Part shown: in pieces, positions 10,437 through 20,329 of the stretch
How positions within the stretch are numbered: the stretch's first letter is position 1
Layout: each line of letters starts with the position of its first letter
Assembly (NCBI GenBank): GCA_049975265.1
Contig: JBNGDF010000009.1
Coordinates: 10,295-74,294 of the forward strand
Origin: Fidelibacterota bacterium
GTDB taxonomy: Bacteria; Fidelibacterota; UBA2242
Length of the DNA: 64,000 bases
Direction: 5' to 3'
Made by a program: the position numbers and the translations under genes
Notes under the pieces: generated by a model
Databases searched by the model: none
Told to the model about the DNA's origin: nothing
Seen by the model: the letters and a program-made list of their open reading frames with translations, nothing else

Positions 10437-11006
10437 ATGAATCATGATGTGACCATCGGCGTTCTTGGTTTGCAGGGTGCATTTGCAAAACATATGACCA
10501 TGCTCAATGCATTGAATGTTCATGCCATGCTAATTCGCTATCCCGAAGAACTGGATCGGTGCGACGGACTGATTATTCCGGGTGGTGAGTCGACTACCAT
10601 GTCCAAACTGATTCGTGAGATGGATATCCGGAACAAACTATTGAAATATGATCACCCGATTTTCGGAACCTGCGCGGGTGCGATTCTGATGTCTGAAGAT
10701 TCCAATGATCCACGCGTTGCGACTCTGAACCGGGTTCCGGTCCGGGCAAACCGGAATGCCTGGGGACGCCAGGTGGAATCTTTTATCGCTCCCGTGGAAC
10801 TCAGTTTCGATGAGGAGCCCTTTAATGCGGTTTTTATCCGGGCACCCAAACTCACGCATCCCGATCAGGATGTCCAAATATTGGGGAAGCTGAAGGATGA
10901 GATTGTACTTATTCAATATGACAATACCCTGCTGGCGACATTTCATCCGGAATTGACCGAAGATATCCGGATTCATGCGTATTTTCTTAAATTAATCAGG
11001 AATTGA
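10437..11006 (+). CDS. pdxT: PLP synthase glutaminase subunit PdxT
   Basis: GVLGLQG, PGGEST, GTCAG, FIRAP, FHPE. Confidence 0.96.
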   Translation: MNHDVTIGVLGLQGAFAKHMTMLNALNVHAMLIRYPEELDRCDGLIIPGGESTTMSKLIREMDIRNKLLKYDHPIFGTCAGAILMSEDSNDPRVATLNRVPVRANRNAWGRQVESFIAPVELSFDEEPFNAVFIRAPKLTHPDQDVQILGKLKDEIVLIQYDNTLLATFHPELTEDIRIHAYFLKLIRN

Positions 11007-11012
11007 GCCATT

Positions 11013-12905
11013 ATGACTGACGAGACAGAGGAGAAACAAGAGTATACAATTTTACCACGAATTGATTCACCGGCTGATCTGAAACAGCTGTCGGAAAGCG
11101 AATTGCTTGCGCTGGCATCGGAATTACGCCGTTACATCATTGAGGTGGTTCAAAAAACCGGCGGTCATCTGGCACCCAGTTTGGGAGTTGTGGAACTAAC
11201 AATTGCCCTGCACTACGTTTTTAATACGCCGGAAGACAGACTGGTCTGGGACGTTGGTCACCAGGCGTACGGACACAAAATTCTGACCGGTCGGCGCGAA
11301 GCCATCAAAACGATCCGGCAGTACGGTGGTCTCAGCGGATTCTGCAAGCGATACGAAAGCGAGTACGATACTTTCGGCGCCGGGCATGCCAGTACATCTA
11401 TATCCGCAGCAGTGGGTATGGCAATGGCACGCGACATGCGCAATTCTACCGAGCGAATCGTCACAATCATCGGCGATGGTTCGCTGACCGGCGGTATGGC
11501 GCTGGAGGGATTTAACAATGTATGTAATATCAAGGGGCAGTTTTTAGTTATTTTGAACGACAATAAAATGTCCATTTCCCGCAACGTCGGCGCCATGAGC
11601 CAGTACCTGACCCGCATCATCACCAGTCCCCGTTATCTGAATTTTAAAAACCAGGTCTGGAATTCACTCACAATTTTACCAAAGGGAACCAGCACGCTCC
11701 GCAAAATCGGTCGCAAGACTATGGAGTCATTGAAAAATTTCGTAGCCCCGGGGATTCTCTTCGAAGAGTTCGGTTTCCGCTACTTCGGACCGGTCAATGG
11801 TCACGACCTGCCGGAGGTCATTGCGACATTGAACAATATTAAAAATTTGAAGTATCCCGTTCTGTTGCATGTCATCACGCAGAAGGGCAGAGGTTTACCG
11901 CAGGCGGAAAACGATCCAACCCGCTACCATGGAATCGGACCACAGACCAGTTCCCAGACCAAATCACCCGATGCACCGCCGCAATTTTTGGAGGCATTTG
12001 GGAAAATTGCCTGTGAAATGGGAGCAAAAAAACCGGATACAGTTTTTATCACCGCCGCGATGTGCGACGGCACCGGGCTCGTGAACTACCGCGCCCGTTT
12101 TCCGGAACGGTATTTTGATGTGGGTATCGCCGAGGAACATGCGGTCACCTTTGCCGGTGGTTTGTCTGTCAGCGGTTTTCGCCCGGTCGTGGCAATCTAC
12201 TCAACTTTTATGCAGCGGGCTTTCGATCAGCTGATTCACGACATTGCGCTGCAAAACTTACCCGTCATATTCGTAATGGACCGCGCTGGTCTGGTTGGCG
12301 AGGATGGTCCGACCCATCATGGCAGCTTTGACCTGAGCTATGTTGGTTTGATTCCCGGTGTTATTATTTCCGCACCGCGCAACGGCAATGAACTGCGCGA
12401 CCTGCTGTTTACAGCTTATGAGCAGAAAGAGCACCCTTTTGTCATTCGCTATCCGAAAGACAGCTGTGTCATTTTTGATGAGAGCCGGGAAGCGGACATT
12501 CTGAAAATCGGCACCTGGGAAACCATCCGGCAGGGTAGCGGTATTGCCGTCATCACCGTCGGTGTGATGACCAATGTCGCCGAAGCAGCACTGCAGATAC
12601 TGGAAAACGATAATATCAAGCCGAGTCTCTATCATGCACGCTTTATTAAGCCAATTGATGAAGATCGGCTGAAAACCATTGCAGAGCGGCATTCCGTGAT
12701 TATCACCATTGAAGAAAACAGTCTCCGCGGCGGTTTCGGCAGTTTCCTGCAATCCTATGTGGCGGAGAAGAATTGGGATGTCCGGGTCTGGTCGCTGGGA
12801 CTACCCGATCAGTTTATCGAACACGGTCCCCGGGACCTCTTGCTGAAAGAGGTCGGTCTTGATCCGGTGAGCACCGCAAATACGATAAAAAATATAGCCA
12901 GATAG
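11013..12905 (+). CDS. dxs: 1-deoxy-D-xylulose-5-phosphate synthase
   Basis: GGHLAPSLG, WDVGHQAY, GDGS...NDN TPP motif, DRAGLVGEDGPTHHG. Confidence 0.97.
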   Translation: MTDETEEKQEYTILPRIDSPADLKQLSESELLALASELRRYIIEVVQKTGGHLAPSLGVVELTIALHYVFNTPEDRLVWDVGHQAYGHKILTGRREAIKTIRQYGGLSGFCKRYESEYDTFGAGHASTSISAAVGMAMARDMRNSTERIVTIIGDGSLTGGMALEGFNNVCNIKGQFLVILNDNKMSISRNVGAMSQYLTRIITSPRYLNFKNQVWNSLTILPKGTSTLRKIGRKTMESLKNFVAPGILFEEFGFRYFGPVNGHDLPEVIATLNNIKNLKYPVLLHVITQKGRGLPQAENDPTRYHGIGPQTSSQTKSPDAPPQFLEAFGKIACEMGAKKPDTVFITAAMCDGTGLVNYRARFPERYFDVGIAEEHAVTFAGGLSVSGFRPVVAIYSTFMQRAFDQLIHDIALQNLPVIFVMDRAGLVGEDGPTHHGSFDLSYVGLIPGVIISAPRNGNELRDLLFTAYEQKEHPFVIRYPKDSCVIFDESREADILKIGTWETIRQGSGIAVITVGVMTNVAEAALQILENDNIKPSLYHARFIKPIDEDRLKTIAERHSVIITIEENSLRGGFGSFLQSYVAEKNWDVRVWSLGLPDQFIEHGPRDLLLKEVGLDPVSTANTIKNIAR

Positions 12906-13135
12906 ATCGAACCGGACCGCTTTTTGCCAATATCAGATGCTTTTGACCGGTCGACAAATACCGGTGTTGAATATCCAATATAACGATTATTCTATTACGA
13001 TAATACACATATATTGATATTTCAACCGGGATTAACCTGCCGATAAATGAGATATAAGTCACATCGGCGTAACGAAGCTGAACGTAACTTATCCAAGTGT
13101 TTATTCAGTTAATAATTATGAGAAGGATATACATT

Positions 13136-16099
13136 ATGAAAAAAGTTGGATTATTGGTTATCAGTGTTGCTATAATATTGTCCAGCTCCTGTATGATGAA
13201 ATTACCGGAAGAATCTGACATGCCCAGCTGGAATGTCAATCTTGAGATTCCTCTGGTTAAAACGACTGTGACTCTCGCCGATCTGCTTGAGGATTCGCTG
13301 TTCGTGGGCGTCCCTTACGGGTTGAGCGGCGATTCGATTTTTGCCTATGAAGATCAGGTGGATATCGAAAAAGTTGAGGTAGGCGATCAATTGAATATTG
13401 ACGACATTCAGCAGGTCTTTTCTCAGTCCATTGATGATGTCCGGGTTAAGCCGACGACCAAACAGTATATATCGGAGCTGGACCCGGTAGGCGTGGATCC
13501 GGTTAGTGAGTCGGTGTTGTCAGAGCTGGGGAATATTTCACTTGACGACACCGATCCCAAAACGACCGACCCGGTTCTGATGAGTGAAATTGTGGACTTT
13601 TCCGGCGTAAACGAGGATCAGCAGGTAACCATTCAACAGGGCACCGACTTTCCGACAGTCTACCGAAATATTACGTTCGAAGATTTCGACAACGCCGATT
13701 TTGCCAGCGGTGTTCTGGAAATCACGGTTGATAATGATTTAATGAATCTGGAACTGGGTGCTCCGCTGGTGATCCGGATTTTGAATTCCGACAGCCTTAC
13801 GATTGTGGGATCAGACGGCGACAGTGCCAAGGCGGTCTGGAGCAGCGGTATCATGTTGGGAACCTCCGGCACACAAACCATCGATCTGGCTCACAAAATC
13901 CTGCCGGAGACGGTCATTATCAAGATCAGCGGGGTACTGAATGGATCGGACGCCAGTACGGTGACGAATAATTCTGCTCACCAAAATTCCGGATTTGTGG
14001 TCGGAGTGCAGGCGAAAAATCTTGAAGTCGTTTCTGCGGAAGCCATGGTGCCATCCCAAACAATCGACACCACCGACGTAATCCTGCTGGAAGAATCGGA
14101 AGATAAGGTCAAGACCGCTCGTATATTGAACGGAACCCTGGCAATTGATGTGACCAATGACATTCCCATTAATTCCACTCTGGAATTAACCATATCTTCA
14201 ATTGATATATCTGAAGCCGCTGGCATTCAGGCATATACGCAGAGTATTAATCTGACCGCCGACCAGGATTTCAACAATGCCGACAATCTGACCGGTTACT
14301 ATCTGGTGATGGATGTGAACAGTCAGCAGGTGGATTACAGCTATCAGGTGATCACCGAAGATACCGGCACGGAAAGGGTGACAATATCCAAAAATGACGG
14401 TGTTTTGGTGGATATTCAGATGTATGGTCAGACAGCCGGAGAGCAGCTGACTTTTGATGAATTCGAAGGCATCGTGACCCAGGACCCTATTAACGACAAT
14501 GGCGAGATAGATGTGACCACCGATTCGGAAATTTCCTCAGCGCTCATTTCCAGCGGTACAATGACAATCAACATTTACAATACCGCGAATACCAGCGATC
14601 AGAATGTACCCGAGCTGACACTCGATATACCGGAAATCCTGGACCCCGCAGCGAATCCAATTCACATCGAACGAAATCTGTATCCCGAACCCAATACAAC
14701 CACTATCCAGATCGATTTGAGCGGATATACTCTGCATCCGAATACAATTCCCGTGACGGCGGACAGCATCAGTCAGAATATTACCTATGCATCGACAGTG
14801 GAGATTCCAAGCGGTGTGATTACGGCTTATGATCTGCGTGGTGCCTATGATGTCAATATTGCCGTTTCGGAACTGCTGTTTTCCGAAGTCACCGGCTACT
14901 TTTCCCAGGATGCCATTGTGGAGCGTGATTCCATTGCACTGGCAGAGGCTACGAAAATTCAGGAAGCATATTTCAACACCGGCGAGCTGGCTCTCTCGAT
15001 TGTCAATAATATCGGTGCCATTGCCGAGGTGAAATTTCGGGTGAAAGAGCTGATCCACAAAGATACAAATGCACCGCTGCAGCAGACTATTCAACTCACC
15101 GAAGATTCTCAGCCGGTTGACCGGATTATTCCGCTTGAGGATTATAAAATCGTTATACCGACGGTGGATTTCTCGGCGGACCAGCAGATTCACTATCGCT
15201 CAACTGTCAGTTTGCCCTCTGATCAGGAGATGACCCTTTACGTGGAAAATGAAATTGATGTGAATCTGGACTTGCGAAACATATCATTTAGTTCCGTAGA
15301 GGGATATATTGACACGGTGACGATTGACATTGATTCCGTCGAACAGGAAATCACCGCTCTGCCGGAGGAACTGGATGGGATTGATCTGAATGAAGTAGAG
15401 ATACAGATCAACTTCGATTCGGATATCGGTGTCCCGGTAATTCTTGACCTGAATCTGGTCAGCTCGAATAAAAAGGGTGAGCGCGCAGAGTCGCATGTCC
15501 ATCAGAATATTACCGATAATCCTGTTGTGGTGATTCCCAATGCCGCCGATTTGATCAATCTCAAGCCGGATAAAATTGTATCGTACGGCAGTGCATCGAT
15601 CGGAGGTACGGGATATGTCGCCACTGATCAATCGATTCAGGGAGTCATGGAGATTCTGGTACCCATGTCCTTTGAGGTGGAGGAAGGTGCCTCTATCGAT
15701 ATCGAGCCCGAATTGGTCGAGGATGATATTCCCGAAGAACTCGATGAAGTCGCCTTGTTTGCCAACCTCGATAATCAGCTGGAACTAAACGGAATCCTGA
15801 AAGTGCTGGGCGCCAGAGACACGCTCTATTTTGCCTCCGGTTCACCGGTCAACCCGGATACGCTGGCGATATTTCACCTGATTCCGGACAGCGCTTACCA
15901 GGAGATGATTCTTCTGGACGAGACAAAATTTGCCCTGTTCCAGGATTCATTGTACATAAAAACCAAGATCGATCTACTTAGCAATACCGATGATCTCGGA
16001 AATCCTGTTCCCACGCGCCTGTTTAAAAATGATTCCCTGACGATCCAATTGTACAGCCGGATCAAGGGGTTGATCGATTTAGCCGATAAGGATAATTAG
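13136..16099 (+). CDS. Large acidic beta-rich lipoprotein with internal repeats
   Basis: MKKVGLLVISVAIILSSSC lipoprotein-type signal; D/E-rich; recurring A-x3-G-x-L-x-I-x3-N motif. Confidence 0.75.
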   Translation: MKKVGLLVISVAIILSSSCMMKLPEESDMPSWNVNLEIPLVKTTVTLADLLEDSLFVGVPYGLSGDSIFAYEDQVDIEKVEVGDQLNIDDIQQVFSQSIDDVRVKPTTKQYISELDPVGVDPVSESVLSELGNISLDDTDPKTTDPVLMSEIVDFSGVNEDQQVTIQQGTDFPTVYRNITFEDFDNADFASGVLEITVDNDLMNLELGAPLVIRILNSDSLTIVGSDGDSAKAVWSSGIMLGTSGTQTIDLAHKILPETVIIKISGVLNGSDASTVTNNSAHQNSGFVVGVQAKNLEVVSAEAMVPSQTIDTTDVILLEESEDKVKTARILNGTLAIDVTNDIPINSTLELTISSIDISEAAGIQAYTQSINLTADQDFNNADNLTGYYLVMDVNSQQVDYSYQVITEDTGTERVTISKNDGVLVDIQMYGQTAGEQLTFDEFEGIVTQDPINDNGEIDVTTDSEISSALISSGTMTINIYNTANTSDQNVPELTLDIPEILDPAANPIHIERNLYPEPNTTTIQIDLSGYTLHPNTIPVTADSISQNITYASTVEIPSGVITAYDLRGAYDVNIAVSELLFSEVTGYFSQDAIVERDSIALAEATKIQEAYFNTGELALSIVNNIGAIAEVKFRVKELIHKDTNAPLQQTIQLTEDSQPVDRIIPLEDYKIVIPTVDFSADQQIHYRSTVSLPSDQEMTLYVENEIDVNLDLRNISFSSVEGYIDTVTIDIDSVEQEITALPEELDGIDLNEVEIQINFDSDIGVPVILDLNLVSSNKKGERAESHVHQNITDNPVVVIPNAADLINLKPDKIVSYGSASIGGTGYVATDQSIQGVMEILVPMSFEVEEGASIDIEPELVEDDIPEELDEVALFANLDNQLELNGILKVLGARDTLYFASGSPVNPDTLAIFHLIPDSAYQEMILLDETKFALFQDSLYIKTKIDLLSNTDDLGNPVPTRLFKNDSLTIQLYSRIKGLIDLADKDN

Positions 16100-16109
16100 G
16101 AGTCTGACC

Positions 16110-17399
16110 ATGAAAACGATAAAATATTTTCTCATTCTAATGCTTATCTCAACGACGGTATTTGCACAGTATTATCTCAATCCCGTCGGTACGTCGCTGG
16201 CAGGCGCTTATGCCACCAAAGCACGCGGTGCCTACATCAATGGTTGGAATCCGGCGAATCTGGGGCTAGATAATAATCCCCGTTTTTCCATGCACTTTGG
16301 GGTTTTTCCCTTTGTGCCGTTTCCCACGGTTCAGATCAGTAATTCCGCCGTATCGCCATTTTTCCTGAATGAACACTTTTTTACTGGCGGATATTTAACG
16401 GATCGGGATAAAGAAGATTTACTTGCCTTTTTTCCCGATGACGGATTGAGTGTGAATCCGCTGATACAGCTGCCCATTTTAAATTTATCCTTTGGTCGCT
16501 GGGCGGTGTCGATCGGGACGGAAGTCACCGGCGTCGTGACCCTGCCGAAATCGCTGTTCCGATTGGCATTTTTCGGGAATGAATTCGGAAAACCTATGCT
16601 CGATCTCGACGATACCAATGTGGAGATGCAGGCGGTTACATCGGTTGCCCTGGCGCATGGGCGGGAAGTACCAATTCCGCTGCTGAGTGATGTGGTTGAA
16701 AAGACGACGGTCGGTGCGGCTGTCAAGATGCTGATTGGTGGCGGATATACCGGATTTGAAAAGATTTCCGGTGCGGTGACCAGCTACCCGGATAAAGTCG
16801 TCCTGGACGGTGATTTGAAAGGTCTGATGGGCATCGGTGGATACGGCGTTGCCTTTGATCTCGGACTGGCGGCGGTCATCAATGAAAAAATGTCAGCCAA
16901 TGTCTCGTTGCATAATCTGTTTGGTTTTATCAACTGGGGCATGATCGAAGCAGAGAAAGTCGAGTATTCGGTCTATTCCGAAATTTATTCGGAGGATTTT
17001 GAGGATTTCGATGCTGCCCTGGAAGAGGGAATTCAGACGGACACCAGCTATTCCGTTAACAATTTTAAATCAAACTACCCTGGCTATCTGCTACTGGGAT
17101 TCGAGTACCGGGTGTTTGACAATCTGAAGACCTATGCCACGGTCAAGCAGCATTTCAGCAACGATCTGGCTGCCAGCTACCTACCGAAAATTTCCATCGC
17201 CGCCGAGTACGGGATTACCTCTTGGTTTCCGGCGCGACTCGGTATTTCCTTTGGCGGTCTTGAAAATTTTCAATTGGGTATCGGAACCGGGCTGAACTTT
17301 CGTCATTATGCAATGGATATTGGTTTTTCGCAAATTGGCGGAATGTTTAATCATGCCAAAGGATTTGCGATTTCCTTCGGACAGTCTGTATTATTCTAA
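16110..17399 (+). CDS. Putative outer-membrane beta-barrel (DUF5723-like)
   Basis: Signal peptide, WNPANLG motif, GYGVAFDLG, amphipathic strands, terminal Phe; AGGAG RBS. Confidence 0.7.
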   Translation: MKTIKYFLILMLISTTVFAQYYLNPVGTSLAGAYATKARGAYINGWNPANLGLDNNPRFSMHFGVFPFVPFPTVQISNSAVSPFFLNEHFFTGGYLTDRDKEDLLAFFPDDGLSVNPLIQLPILNLSFGRWAVSIGTEVTGVVTLPKSLFRLAFFGNEFGKPMLDLDDTNVEMQAVTSVALAHGREVPIPLLSDVVEKTTVGAAVKMLIGGGYTGFEKISGAVTSYPDKVVLDGDLKGLMGIGGYGVAFDLGLAAVINEKMSANVSLHNLFGFINWGMIEAEKVEYSVYSEIYSEDFEDFDAALEEGIQTDTSYSVNNFKSNYPGYLLLGFEYRVFDNLKTYATVKQHFSNDLAASYLPKISIAAEYGITSWFPARLGISFGGLENFQLGIGTGLNFRHYAMDIGFSQIGGMFNHAKGFAISFGQSVLF

Positions 17400-18176
17400 A
17401 TGAAAAAGAGTATGCAATTAATCTCATGGAATGTCAATGGAATTCGTTCAGCCTACCGAAAAGGGTTTTTAGATTGGTTTCGGCAGCAGAATCCCGATAT
17501 TTTCTGTGTTCAGGAAACCAAAGCACAGATGGATGTGCTGCCTCATGATCTTCTGAATGTTCAGGGCTATCATTCGGTTTTTTCTTCGGCAGAGAGAAAA
17601 GGCTACAGCGGGGTTGCCCTCTATTCCAAGCTAAAACCGCTGACGATCAAAACCGGACTGGGAATCCAGAAATTCGACCACGAGGGGCGTACTATCATCG
17701 CCGACTACAGCGATTTTGTGCTGTTCAATATCTATTTTCCCAATGGTCAGATGAGCGCGGAGCGGCTCAATTACAAGATGGAGTTCTACGACGCATTCCT
17801 CGGTGTTGTAGAGACGTATAACAGGGAGGGGCGCAATATTATCGTTTGCGGCGATGTCAATACGGCACATCAGGAGATCGACTTGGCACGACCGCAGGAG
17901 AACGAAAATATTTCCGGCTTTTTACCGATTGAACGCGCCTGGATTGACAAATTTATCAGTCACGGCTGGATTGATACGCTGCGCATGTTTCACCCGGAGC
18001 CGGAGCTCTATACCTGGTGGTCCATGCGGACTAGAGCAAGAGACCGCAATATCGGCTGGCGGATCGATTATTTCTTTATCAATGAGCGGTTTCGCAAGCA
18101 TGTCAAAGATGCCTTCATTCTACCGGAAGTGCAAGGGTCCGATCACTGCCCCATCGGACTCAAGATAGCACTATAA
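17400..18176 (+). CDS. xth: Exodeoxyribonuclease III / AP endonuclease
   Basis: SWNVNG, QETK, GYSGV, YFPNG, GDVN, WRIDY, SDHCP. Confidence 0.96.
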   Translation: MKKSMQLISWNVNGIRSAYRKGFLDWFRQQNPDIFCVQETKAQMDVLPHDLLNVQGYHSVFSSAERKGYSGVALYSKLKPLTIKTGLGIQKFDHEGRTIIADYSDFVLFNIYFPNGQMSAERLNYKMEFYDAFLGVVETYNREGRNIIVCGDVNTAHQEIDLARPQENENISGFLPIERAWIDKFISHGWIDTLRMFHPEPELYTWWSMRTRARDRNIGWRIDYFFINERFRKHVKDAFILPEVQGSDHCPIGLKIAL

Positions 18177-18264
18177 AGAATCTTCTGTTACACAGCAATC
18201 GGAATTTGGTTGATTTAGAGCGTAATTATGTTCAACTTTATGGCATTAAAAATGGGATGATGAA

Positions 18265-18633
18265 ATGGAATATGAAATTAAGAGTATAAGTCCCTCATCG
18301 GTTTTGAAAATTTCCTTTGTTGTGATTTTGACAGTCTCATGTATTTTCATTTTTCTGCTGTCGCTAATGGCAATGTCGCTGCTCTCTTCGATGGGCGATG
18401 CGCTCAGTAGTATACCACTGCTGGAAAGTATGGGACCGGTGGACTTCAATTTCGGCACGATTCTGTTCTCTTCGATCTTCAACGGAATATTACTGGCTCT
18501 GTTCATTGTGTTTTTTCTTATATTAGCGGTCATCTTTTATAATATTTATGTCAGCCACTTTGGTGGCATTGTGATCCAGCTACAGCCGGAAAATGAACTG
18601 ACAATTCAAAACGGGGAAACCAGCGATGAGTGA
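18265..18633 (+). CDS. Small membrane protein (DUF3566-like)
   Basis: IKSISPSSVLKISF followed by two hydrophobic helices and YN...GGI; overlaps gltX start. Confidence 0.65.
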   Translation: MEYEIKSISPSSVLKISFVVILTVSCIFIFLLSLMAMSLLSSMGDALSSIPLLESMGPVDFNFGTILFSSIFNGILLALFIVFFLILAVIFYNIYVSHFGGIVIQLQPENELTIQNGETSDE

Positions 18634-20056
18634 TATCCGTGTCCGATTTGCCCCGAGTCCCACCGGTGCGTTGCACCTGGGCGGTGCCCGGACGGCTATT
18701 TATAACTGGCTGTTTGCCCGAGCCAATGATGGTCGGTTTTTACTACGGATCGAAGACACCGACACGAAACGTTCAAAAACAGAATATATAGAACAGATTT
18801 ATGAATCACTGCGCTGGCTGGGAATGAGCTGGGACGAAGAGCCGGTATTCCAGTCCCAACGAATGGCGGCATATCGGCAGGCAGCGGAAGAATTACTGAA
18901 TAACGGCAGTGCCTATTACTGTTTCTGTACTCCTGAAGAGCTCGAGGCGCGCCGTAAAGCCAGCGGGGTATATCAGTATGACCGCAAGTGCCGGTCGCTT
19001 TCCCAATCGGAAATTGACGCCAATTTCGGCGCCGGTAAAAAAGCGGCAATCCGCTATAAAGTGCCTGTCGGTACGACAGAGTGGAACGATTGTGTGTATG
19101 GCAAGATCAGCGTTAACAATGCTGAAATCGACGATTTTGTTCTGCTGCGTTCCAACGGCTTTCCCACCTACCAGTTTGCCGTGGTGGTGGATGATATCTT
19201 TATGCGGATCAGTCATGTGATTCGGGGCGAAGATCACATTTCCAATACACCCAAACAGATTTTACTTTATAAAGCTTTCGATGCCGGGATTCCGGAATTT
19301 GCCCATCTGCCCCTGTTGAATGGCACCGACGGTAAGCGGCTCAGTAAGCGCCATGGCGCCACCGGTGTTGACGAGTATCGCGATCAGGGTTACCCCGCGG
19401 AAGCCGTGTTCAACTATCTGGCGATTCTGGGCTGGGTGCCGAAAGATGGCAATGAGATTTTAAAGCCGGCTGAACTGATTCAGCGCTTTCGACTCGAGGA
19501 TATTGCCCGCAAGTCGGCGGTCTTTGATCTGAAAAAATTCGACTGGGTCAGCAACGAGCACATCAAGCGGATGGATAATGCGGAAATCTATCGTCACATC
19601 CTGCCAATTCTTACTGATTATCCCCTGGTCGGCGCCGAATTGGACGAATCCGGGCGGCAATATATCCTGACATTCATCGATCTGATGAAAAACCGTTTTC
19701 GCAATTTCCGGCAGTTTGCCGAACTGGGCAGTTACTTCTTCAAAGACCCGGAAGCCTATGAAGAAAAAGCCGTCCGCAAGAACTGGAAAGATTCTGAAGT
19801 AAACGGTCGCATGACAATCCTGCTGGAAAAATTGCAGAATCAGGCGGAATTCAGCGCGACATCCATCGAATCCGCCGTTCGGGAATTGGCTGATGAACTG
19901 GATATTTCTGCTGGCAAACTGATCCACCCCTTACGGCTGGCAGTCAGCGGCTACAGCGTCGGTCCGGGGATTTTTGAACTGCTGGAATTTCTGGGAAAAG
20001 AGACGGTCCTGCGCCGGATTCAGGCAGCATTGCATAGATTGCCAGAAAGGGAATAA
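18626..20056 (+). CDS. gltX: Glutamate--tRNA ligase
   Basis: RFAPSPTGALHLGG, LRIEDTD, HVIRGEDH, RLSKR, anticodon-binding helical domain. Confidence 0.97.
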   Translation: MSDIRVRFAPSPTGALHLGGARTAIYNWLFARANDGRFLLRIEDTDTKRSKTEYIEQIYESLRWLGMSWDEEPVFQSQRMAAYRQAAEELLNNGSAYYCFCTPEELEARRKASGVYQYDRKCRSLSQSEIDANFGAGKKAAIRYKVPVGTTEWNDCVYGKISVNNAEIDDFVLLRSNGFPTYQFAVVVDDIFMRISHVIRGEDHISNTPKQILLYKAFDAGIPEFAHLPLLNGTDGKRLSKRHGATGVDEYRDQGYPAEAVFNYLAILGWVPKDGNEILKPAELIQRFRLEDIARKSAVFDLKKFDWVSNEHIKRMDNAEIYRHILPILTDYPLVGAELDESGRQYILTFIDLMKNRFRNFRQFAELGSYFFKDPEAYEEKAVRKNWKDSEVNGRMTILLEKLQNQAEFSATSIESAVRELADELDISAGKLIHPLRLAVSGYSVGPGIFELLEFLGKETVLRRIQAALHRLPERE

Positions 20057-20061
20057 GAACC

Positions 20062-20283
20062 TAACCTGGATTATTCACCAGCCTAATTGAAAAGAATTAA
20101 TAAGTGCAAAGAAAATATCTACTTAATGAAATTATTAACAATCAAATGGTGAATAATCCATCTAGCCCAGCAGGATGCTGGGCTAGACCGCCGTTTGGCG
20201 GGGTGTACCCCGCAGTCCGCCGAAGAGCGGACGTGCGGCCCTATCGGGTGATTAATTCACGATCTCGTGAATTAATCAGGCTA
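20062..20283. mobile_element. MITE-like element whose right terminal inverted repeat is interrupted by stacked hairpins
   Basis: Left end taacctggattattcacca (20062-20080); right end tggtgaataatcca (20147-20160) plus ggcta (20279-20283) gives an 18/19 inverted match once 20161-20278 is removed. Confidence 0.55.
20161..20278. repeat. Cluster of REP-like palindromes
   Basis: 12-bp stem 20161-20187; ccgcc-gttt-ggcgg 20188-20201; gcggggt-gt-accccgc 20198-20213; gtccgc-cgaaga-gcggac; 14-bp inverted repeat 20249-20278. Confidence 0.8.
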
Positions 20284-20329
20284 AGTCCCCTGACATGCTA
20301 AAATACGGAATTATTGCCCTTTTGAGAGG

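Noticed and set aside
12961..13029. Imperfect long inverted repeat upstream of the lipoprotein gene
   Set aside because: AT-rich with several bulges and no recognisable RNA or operator motif; cannot be distinguished from chance.
14537..15193. 218-aa antisense ORF
   Set aside because: Shadow of the large lipoprotein gene; no motifs.
20161..20278. Possible CRISPR array
   Set aside because: Hairpins differ in sequence, there is no repeat-spacer periodicity and no cas genes are present.
20104..20301. 65-aa ORF in the gltX downstream region
   Set aside because: Runs through the palindrome stack; better explained as non-coding repeat DNA.
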